Assembly (NCBI RefSeq): GCF_009914755.1 | Contig: NC_060933.1 | DNA from: the human T2T-CHM13v2.0 reference genome, Homo sapiens | Length of the DNA stretch: 64,000 bases | Reading direction: 5' to 3' (one strand) | In this document: piece by piece, positions 54,200 to 64,000 of the stretch | Numbering within the stretch: the stretch's first letter is position 1 | Layout: each line of letters begins with the position of its first letter | The notes under the pieces: model-generated | Seen by the model: the letters and a program-made list of their open reading frames with translations, nothing else | Told to the model about the DNA's origin: nothing | The model's database searches: none | Made by a program: the position numbers and the translations under genes

Positions 54200-57100
54200 A
54201 ATAAGTTACCCTCCTATATTTTCTTCTAAAAGATTTTTAAATATTTGCATCTCAAATTTAAGTCCTTTGTCCATTTAGATCTGGCCTTTGTGTGATAGCG
54301 ATCCATTTTTGGGATAGAGATCCATTCTGATATTTTCCCATATGGATACCAACTGCTCATACCATGGATTATATAGACCCTTTCTGACTGTTCTGTAATG
54401 TTAGCCAGGGCATACATCAAGATTTCACACAAGCATACACTTTCACAATAGCAATTCCTGCTGTGGTAATTATAACTTCACAGTAAATCTGGTACGTGAT
54501 AGACTCACATAAGCTCCACCTCCCACCTTCACACACTTTAGTCTTCTATGGGATTGTCTTAGTTATACTGGGCCCTTTTATCTTCCGTATAAGCTTTGGA
54601 AGCAGTTTAGTGACAATGGTACTCTTGTCTTTTTCTTGATTTTAAAAGGAGTGATTTCGATATTTTTAATCACAAAACATGATAGGTGCTGTAGGTTATT
54701 TGTTGACTCCTTTTATCAGGTTAAGGAAATTACCCTTTATTCATAGGTGGAAATATCATGAATTATTTAATTTTTGTAAAATAATTTTATAGGCCTTTTG
54801 AGACAATCATATAACTTTTGTCTTTAATTCATTGATAAGGAGATGATTTCAGTAGATTTTCTAACATTGAACTAAATTTGTATTACTAACCGAGCTTGTT
54901 CATGGTTTTTATACTTTGCTAGGTATACTTCCTAGTATTTTGTTTACAATATTTGTCTCTGTGTGCATGGATGAGGTACACAATAGCAAGGTTACCCTAG
55001 TCTCAAATGAATTGAAGAATGGCCTCTTTTTTCTCCCCTCGCAAATAATTAGTGTAACATTGGAACTACTTGTGACATCATCTGGGCATCCTGTTTTCTT
55101 TGTAGAATTATTAATTATCAACTCAATTACTTTAATGGTATGATTTCCATCCAGATTTTCTAATTATTTGAGTCAACTTTAATAAGTTAAATGTATCCAA
55201 AAATTTGTTAATCTCACTTATTTACAAATGCATATATTTAATTGTCTTATTACTTAATGAAATAGATCATAAATATAAAAGTGTGTATGTACAGCTTAAG
55301 AAGAATATAAAATGAGCATATGTGTCCTTCCTTCAGGTTATGAAATAGAATATTTCCAGTATCTTAGAAACTCCCATTGCCCTTCTACAATGCCACTCAC
55401 TCCTTCCACAAGAGGTAACCACTATCCCTAACTTCCTGTTAATCATTCCATTGCTTGTCATTACAGACTTGTATATTGTTTAGTTTTGCACATTTGACTT
55501 TTTAAATAAGTGAAACTATGTATTGTTTCTTATGATCAGATATGCATACACACAAACATGTATATGTATGTATATATACACACATACACACATTATTTTT
55601 AAGAGCAGTTCAAAGTTCACAGCAAAACTGAGCAGCAGGTATAGATTTCCCATATACTCCCTGTCCCCCACACATGCATAGCCTCCCCCATAATAAACAT
55701 CCCCCACCAGAGTGGTGCATTTGTTACAATTAAAGAACCTACATGATACATCTTATAGTTTGCATTAAGGTTCACACTTGGGCTTGGACAAATTTACAAT
55801 GACAAGTATTCACTATTAAAATATCATACACGTACTTTCACTGCCTTAAGCATCCTCTGTGCTCTGGTTATTCATCCCTCTCTTCCTCCTAACTCCTGGG
55901 AACCACTGATTTTTTTTTCTATTTCTATAGTATTACCTTTTCCAGAAGGTCATAAAGTTGGAAGTGACATATGTAGCCTTTTTAGATTGGCTTCTTTCAT
56001 TCTGCAGTATGCATGTAAGCTTCCACTGTGTCTTTTCATGGCTTGACAGCCATTTATTTTATCATTGAATGGTATTCAGTTGTCTGGATGTAATACAGTT
56101 TGTTTAATTATTCACCTACTGAAGGTAATCTTGCTTGTCTCCAAATTTTTGCAATTATAAATAAAACGTCCATAAACATCTGTGTGCAGGTTTCTGTGTG
56201 GACATAAGTTTTCAACTCCTTTGGGTATATACCAAGAAACAAGATTGCGGGGTCGTATAATAAGAGTAGATTTAGTTTTCTAAGATGCCACAAAACTATT
56301 CTCCATTTTGTATTTCCATCAGCACTGAATGAGAGTTCCTGTTGCTTCACATCCTCATCAGCATTTGGTGTTGTCAGAGTTCTGGATTTTTGCCATTCTA
56401 ATATGCATGCAGTAGTATCTCATTGCAGTGCTGTGTTTGAGAATGTGAGTAGCTGCAGTTCATTCACTCTTAGTGCTGCGAGGTACTCTATTATTGGAAT
56501 ATATGATCATTTAGTTACCTATTCCACAATCTACCCATATTGAGAGATAACTGGATTGTTTCCAGGTTTTTAAAATTGTGAACATTCTCATATATCCCTA
56601 GGTAAACAAATGCAAGAATTTTTCTGGGGCCTGTAACAGGCTGACTAGATTGCACTAGGTTGTAGTGAAGCCACTGGGTCATAGGGTACATGCATGATCA
56701 GCTGTATGAGCTAACATCCGTTTTCCAAATGGCTGTCCTTCTACTTGCATGGGATGAATGCTTCCACGGTTCTTTATCCTTGCCAATACTACACCTTTCA
56801 GAACTTCCAAAAAATTTTGTCAATATGTGTGAAAGGGTATCTAATTGTTAATTTTCATTTTCATGATTATTATTAGGTTGAGCACTTTTTCACATGCTTA
56901 TGGGCTATTTATGCTAACTTCTTGAGGTGTTATTTTTCACTTATTAATTTATAGGAGAGCTTTATATATTCTGGATACTAAACCTGTCTAGGTAACATGT
57001 GTTGCAAATATCTCTGCCAAGTTTTGCATATTTTTTTCTCATTGCGGTATCCAATAAACAGAAGTCTTAAATTTTTATGTGATCAAGTTAGTTTTTACTC

Positions 57101-57390
57101 TTGCCGTTTGTTCTTCTTCCCTATGTAAAGATAAAAGAGATGCTCCACAGTTTTTTTCTAAGAATGTTGAGAAGGTATCTTTATCCATTAAAATATATTT
57201 TTAGGTTTGGTCTATGGGATTAAGTTTCAATTTCCTTTTTTCCCCCTTATGGAGACCAGTGGTCCCAGTGTTGCTTATTGTAAAATTTACTATCTTCACT
57301 TAACCACAATAAAAGCTGTGTTACAAAATATGTTTCCAAGTATGTGTGAAAAATATATTTATCTTTATGATTCTACTCAGATTAATTAGC
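54200..57390 (-). mobile_element. Cluster of ancient L1M fragments (L1ME-like) with an L1MC-like 3' end at ~55595-56430
   Basis: ORF 56108-56350 (YDPAILFLGIYPKELKT) and 54226-54432 are ORF2 C-terminal relics. Confidence 0.75.
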
Positions 57391-57402
57391 TCTCAGGACT
57401 GC

Positions 57403-57945
57403 TGTGTCCAGAGTTGATTCCTTCTGGTGGGTTCGTGGTGTTGCTGACTTGAAGAATGAAGCCGCCGACCTTCACGGTGAGTGTTACCGCTCTTAAAGAT
57501 GGCAAGGACCCGAAGAGTGAGCAGTAGCAAGGTTTATTGGGAAGAGCTAAAGAACAAAGCTTCCACAACGGGGAAGAGCACCCACGCAGGTTGCTGCTGC
57601 TGGGGTGGGGGTGGGGGGGTGGCCAGGTTTTATTCCCTTATTTGTCACGTTTCTATCCTATCAGAGTGCCCTTTTTTCAATCCTCCCTGTGATTGACTAC
57701 TTTTAGAATCCTGCCGATTGATGCGTTTTTACAGAGCTTGCTGATTGGTGTGTTTTACAGAGCGCTGATTGGTGTGTTTTACAGAGCATGGATTGGTGCG
57801 TTTTACAGAGCGCTGATTGGTACATTTCACAGAACTCGTGAGACAGGTAAGTTCCTGATTGGTGCATTTTACTATCCTCTGGTAAGACAGGAAATTTCCC
57901 CAAGTCCCCACTCGACCCAGGAAGTCTGGCTGGCCTCAGCTCTTG
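57403..57945 (-). mobile_element. LTR12 (ERV9/HERV9) solo LTR, short LTR12F-like
   Basis: + strand begins tgtgtccagagttg...gaatgaagccgccgaccttc; 24-bp tandem 'gctgattggtgcgttttacagagc'; putative 4-bp TSD ctgc/ctac. Confidence 0.92.
57600..57862 (-). promoter_or_regulatory. LTR12 U3 promoter module: five CCAAT boxes plus an AATAAAA TATA-like element
   Basis: ATTGG at 57744, 57768, 57792, 57816 and 57858; ttttatt at 57628-57634. Activity is not shown. Confidence 0.55.
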
Positions 57946-60340
57946 CTACCAGAGGCTAATTTCCACCCTGGTATTTCTCAGGCCCATAGATAGTGTGAAT
58001 TCAAACCCAAACCAATATGGCTATTGTTTTGTATTTAGAAATTATCATACGTTTTTTATTTTTCATTTTTTTGTCTACCCTATTGGGACCAAGACAAGCA
58101 CATATTTTCACTTTCTTATGGGGGTGGGATTTTCCTAGCCCAGGCACTTAACGTGCTTCTTTTTAGAAATCCTAGATTTATGCAGGAGGCATTTTAGCCT
58201 ATATTCCTTCCTGCATGGGCATCAGTCTCTGTTTCCTGAATTAGGTGCTCATGGGTCTGGGCCAGTAGGTCCTGGGAGACACCGCAGGGCAAATGCCAGA
58301 TGAGACACTCACACCTCTGGATTCAGACTTTTTTTGCTCTTCTAGATATCTGAAAATTTGCCTTACTTTGACTCAGCCCATGCATTAAAGCAGATGCTTT
58401 TAAATATTTTATGATGCATGTTTTAGGAAAGGGTCTGTCTGGGTATTTCTTCTTTCGATTTTCATTTTTCATTCAGTTCTTCTTTCACACTATCCTAAGC
58501 ATTAATCAACTCGCCATTTATGTCAGTACAAAACTTCACTATCCTGTTCATTATCACCATTTCATTTTGTTCTGCATAGGCCAGACTATTTATCTAAAAA
58601 TGTTTAAAGAAATCTAAGGCCTTAAAGGATTCTTTCTCAAGGACTCTACTGTTTGTATTTAGAGAAATGCTCATTTGTTCCACTGTTTTACTTTCTTCTT
58701 GGGTCACGCTCTTTGATGACTGCGATCTTACAGAGGATGACAAAAGAGGGCCCACCCTGAGACAGTAATACCTGCTTGCCCCTTTGGATTTTATTAGTGT
58801 TATCAAAATATTAATAAAATGTCAAAAACAAATTACTATCATTAGAATGTGTGCCTCACTTAAAAATTTCTCTCTCTAATAAGAAGTTTTTGTTTCCTAG
58901 TTCCTTTGGTACCCTAATGTTTAGGTAAATATTCTCTGAGGAAAGGATGTGGAAGTCATAGCAAAATATATGCTGGACTTGAATGAAAATATCTGTTTCA
59001 TAAAAGTTAAGCAGGCAACCAAAATTTACCTTTTTTAACCTAAATTATCTAAACATGTATTTACATTTCTGCTTCATTGAAAGATATTTGACATTAAATG
59101 TCCCTGAGACAGATTTTGGAATGCCCTCTCCTTCTAAAATATATTTTTTATCTTTTGTGGACTAAACAGTTAGTTAAAAATGAACTTAATGATTGCTAAT
59201 TACTAAGTTATCTAAACAGTTATTTAAAAATGAACTTAATGATTGCTACTTAGTTATTTATAATGCATTTCAAAATTAACTTTATCATCTAAACCTTTTA
59301 ACACAAATGTATTAAATTATGAAACAGGGAATTGGCTATTTTTGTTCAAATGTTTATTCTCATCAAACTTAAAATATCACTCAGCTATATGATTAAAAAT
59401 GAAGGCTTCAGTCATTAAATTATTTCCCAGTTATTTGCGATATTTCTCCATATTAAAGGAACAAACAGTGCCCTTCGAATCTGTTGATAGTTCTATTGAT
59501 AGTGGCCATCACAAGTTACACATTATCAATAAGGTCAAGGCACAAATAAAATTTCTCCCTTGCTTTTCACTCAAAAACTACAAGTATAGTTCTTTGATAA
59601 GATGTCCCAATCATGATTTGTGATGCCAATCATAGAAGGAAAGAGGATGTTGAGAAACAATAAAATAGCTACTTTAAAATGTTCTGTGCCTGAACATTTT
59701 GATGGCAATATTGGTCATATTATAAATTTGAAAATATAAATTTTAATCTAGATTGACTTTATTCTACTAGTGATTTTAAGAGCTTTATCCAAGAGAAACA
59801 CTTACATTTTTATTCCTAATGTTTCTTTAAAAATGTGAAACTCCTTTTTTTTTTTTATAATTTTAAAAATTCCTAGATAAGCAGAACATAGAGCCAACTG
59901 TTATGTTCTGGTTGTTTTTAATAGGTATATTTATGTTATCCCCCAAATTATAATTTATTAATGTCTAACTTCAGTTAGATGAGTTGATTACTTTTCATAC
60001 ACCATTGACTAAAGGAAACCTAATTTTACACGTAATTCAAGGGGATCTGTGAGTAAGAACATTTTTAAATTAAAGCAACACATGTGCATGGAAAATCATT
60101 CAAACAGTTTGATGGCAAAAAAATCAGTGGAAACCAGAAACTTTTTTTTTCCTTCCACAGACCTTGGTCCTGTTTTTCAGAGTTAGGCAGGTTTTATCAT
60201 ACTCTTTTTTTTACTATATGCTATTCTCTTGAACTGTAAATAATATTATATAATCACCTAATTTGTTTTATCAGTTTTAAGTAATATCCCTTGACTTTTT
60301 ATGAACGATAGAGAATATAGCTCATTTACCCTACTTTCTT

Positions 60341-60657
60341 TTCTTTTTTCTTTTTTCTTTTTTTTTTTTTTTTTTTGAGACGGAGTCTCACTCTCTCACC
60401 CAGGCTGGAGTGCAGTGGCGCTATCTCGGCTCACTGCAAGCTCCGCCTCCCGGGTTCACGCCATTCTCCTCCGTCAGCCTCCTGAGTAGCTGGGACTACA
60501 GGCGCCAGCCACCACGCCCGGCTAATTTTTTGTATTTTTAGTAGAGACAGGGTTTCACCGTGTTAGCCAGGATGGTCTTGGTCTCCTGACCTCGTGATCC
60601 GCCCGCCTTGGCCTCCCAAAGTGCTGGGATTACAGGCGTGAGCCACTGCACCTAGCC
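60341..60657 (-). mobile_element. AluY
   Basis: 18-bp TSD catttaccctactttctt (60323-60340) / catttaccccactttctt (60658-60675). Confidence 0.97.
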
Positions 60658-61739
60658 CATTTACCCCACTTTCTTCTTCTAAAACTATATTTCCAATTTA
60701 GTCTTTAATATATAATTTTAAGGGATTTTTAAAAATTTGCTTCCTCTAAATAATACACTTACAGTGCTTAATTCTTTGCTTAAATAATATATTGTTTAAA
60801 TATACAGTCCATCCAATTTGAACACCACTGATTGGCTCAGTAGGATGTGGAGATTAGTGTACAACTTCCCTCCCCTCCAACAGTCCCTGTCATAGCTTTC
60901 GACTTGTATCAAATATGGTTCTATACTTATATTTTCACATTTTATGTAAATTACATCCTATTTTGTAATTATAATAAAGTCTGTGCTTTGTTCATAGGTT
61001 AATTTTGATCATGGAATCTCAGGTGAATTGACAGCATCATTATTATGTTTTCTTTTTTTTTCAAACCACAGTCGCAGGTGGCATGATTTGATTTGTGTGA
61101 AGGCAATGAAATGATACACAGATACACCGAAGCCTCCCAAAAGAATCCTGGTTCCAAGATTCAAGAAGATGGATTAATGTTTTTCCATTAATTGTTGGAA
61201 TTTATGCCATTTTTTTACTATGTGCCATCAATTTTAAAGCACTTCTGAAAAGAGATAACAATCTACAATAGCTGGCATTTTAAATTCATAAAAATATAGT
61301 ATTTTCTTCTATTTTTATACATTTATGATGCATTATTTCTTATTTCCCAGGAATTTTACTACCTTTGTTTTGAATGATTAAAAAGGAAACATAGCACCTT
61401 TTTTCAACACATCACCAAGATAGCCTAGTTAATATTCTTCTCTTTCTGAAGTAGTTGAATTGGGAGAGACAGCTTGCCAGGCCTGCTGCCACTTGTCAGC
61501 ATCGCATCCCTACATTCAACCACACTTGCATCTAACGACCGTCTCTTTCATTAAATTTCTTTTGCACCTTTTCTTCCTGAATGAGTGCATGATAGTTAAT
61601 TTTCCTGTGCACTTGCATGTCTCAAGAAGGTTTTAATTCTTTTTGTATTGCATTAATATTTAAGTTAAGTTTATAATTGCAAAATGATTTATACTCACAA
61701 CATTGAAGACTCCTTTGTTTTGTTACATCCTGTCAAAAT

Positions 61740-62720
61740 GATGAGAAGACAGATCATCCTTTAGGGAAAAATTGGTTTTGATTGGCATCAGCCTTTCCAA
61801 CAGCAATGCTGGAGACAAGAATAAAATGAAGTAATATTTTTCAAGGATTAAAAGGAAACAATTTTTAATCCTTGAATTATTTGCAGCCAAAATCTTTTAA
61901 ATATGAAAGCACAGAAAAAGACATTATAAAGTAAGGCCTCAAAAGTTTTATTTCAAATAAATCCCTTTGAAAATGCCTAGAGGACATACTCCACTAAGAA
62001 GAGAAATACACCGTGGTGTTAGAATTGAGGGTTCCAGAATCAATGGTAGTGGTGTTTATCATACCCTAAAAAATACATGAAAACATAACATATTGAAAAC
62101 AACTCCGAGTAAACTTCAGAAAGTACCACCTTAGACAAAGTGCTGTCGTAACAGAGAAAGCAAACCAGAGGTGGCAAGAGGAGGCTAGAGTACTTATTTG
62201 GTTTGCTGAGATGATATTAATTTTGACACATGGAGGAAATTGAGAAAATTAACATAAGTAATGACATAACCACCATTACAATGTTAAAAATTTCCAGATT
62301 TCAAACAAATGAAAAATTTTTGATCTATAGAGTGAGAGGTACAAATAGGAAAAAAGACACAGTAAAGTATGAAAAATCATAAATGAGATGACAGAAAGAA
62401 GTCATAATGGAACAATAATTACATAAATCAAAGGTTAAGATTGTTAGGTAAAATTTTTAAGTGTCAAAAAACACAATATAACCTATCGAAAATAAATTAG
62501 TGGAAAAAATGTAGCAGGAAAATATGAATAAAAAGAGCTAGGTCCAATTTTTGATAAAAATTTGAATTCAAGTTGATAATATCCTAAAGAAGGAAAAGTC
62601 TGTAGGCCAATAGAAGAAATAGCAGATGCAGAGGTGTGCTCACAAACATGAGTGCTCATGACACTAGTCATACAAACTCAAATTCCCATTACAGTTGTAT
62701 ACAAACATGATGGCCGACAA
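61740..62720 (+). mobile_element. Ancient L1M/HAL1-like ORF1 relic
   Basis: 'gattggcatcagcctttccaacagcaatgctggagacaagaa' resembles the ORF1 C-terminal IRLxSDFS motif region. Confidence 0.5.
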
Positions 62721-62985
62721 GAAGGAAGTTCCTTTAAGCCCACTTGGAGCATTAAGACAAATTTACCATGTGAATCCCTAATTGAACTCTGAGTTACTTC
62801 TGTGAAGGAATGAAGAATGATATCATAAATGAATTTCATATAGCACTCAAAGCTCCCCCTCTATATGGTTCAGGATAGACTTGAGTATCCACGGTTCTGG
62901 AGTGCAAGGGAGGAGAAAGGAAAGGTGCATTCAGACAAAAAAAATGTGTACAGAACACACCAGGGATATCAGAAGAGGCTGCTCA

Positions 62986-63324
<339 letters not shown>

Positions 63325-63514
63325 CTAGGCCTTGAACTCCAGTCCCACCTCACACCCTAAGGTTCCTAAAGAATCAGTAACTTAGTTCACCCTACCCCAC
63401 TCCTGGCTTCCAGATGTAGCACACCTTTCTAAACTTGTGCAAACAATGAGGACTATCTATTTTGACAAAATAAGAAGAAATGGAGTCAAGGCAACATATA
63501 ACAGATATTTTTGC

Positions 63515-64000
63515 CAGTTTTATTGATTAACAAAGAAAAATTGTATATAGTTAAGGTGTGCAGTGTGATATTTTGATATACATATACATTGTGAAGTGAT
63601 GATTACCACAATCAAGCTAACATATTCATCACCTCACCTGGTTACCTTTTTATTTGTGTTTGTGTGGTGGAGAATATTTGAGATCTACTCTTTCAGCAAA
63701 TTTCAAGTATACATTATTATTGACTTTAGTCACTATGCTGTACGTTAGATCTCCAGAACTTATTCATCTTATAACTGAAAGTTTGTACCTTGTGACAAAC
63801 ATTTTTTCTTTTCCCCCAACTCCCAGGCCCTGGTAAGCACTATTTTACTCTCTTACCATGAGTTTGACATTTTTTAAGTATGCATATAAGTGAAATCATG
63901 CAGGATATTTCTGTGTGTGTTCCTGGCTTATTTTACTTACCATAATAAACTCCAGGTTTGTCCATCTTGTTACAAATGGCAGTATTTCCTCATTTTTAAA
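63515..64000 (-). mobile_element. L1MA-like 3' end, running off the window
   Basis: 'gatctactctttcagcaaatttcaagtatac...agatctccagaacttattcatc'. Confidence 0.88.

Noticed and set aside
57703-57959. Repetitive ORFs (THQSALCK repeats)
   Set aside because: Translation of the LTR12 24-bp CCAAT tandem repeat.

Overview
Hominid (human or great-ape) genomic DNA. It looks like a pericentromeric or subtelomeric segmental-duplication mosaic and is mostly interspersed repeat. The only recognisable gene content is a 5'-truncated, intron-containing paralogue of FGF7 (keratinocyte growth factor) on the minus strand: exon 2 (15579-15682), exon 3 CDS (14297-14491) and a ~2.8 kb 3'UTR, with no exon 1 in the 48 kb upstream. 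Both exons keep canonical splice sites and give an open 97-codon frame from an internal ATG. To its left is a fossil chromosome end: truncated TAR1 plus ~250 bp of degenerate TTAGGG, joined directly to a 3'-truncated antisense L1. The rest holds ~20 Alus, several L1s, a THE1 MaLR, a fragmented ERV1 provirus, an LTR12 solo LTR, MADE1, a Tigger-type transposon and MIR/L2 relics. Almost all ORF-track entries are repeat-derived or noise. I found no demonstrably new biological system; the findings are testable hypotheses. Repeat subfamily names and FGF7 residue numbers come from recalled consensus sequences, not searches, and old-repeat boundaries are approximate.
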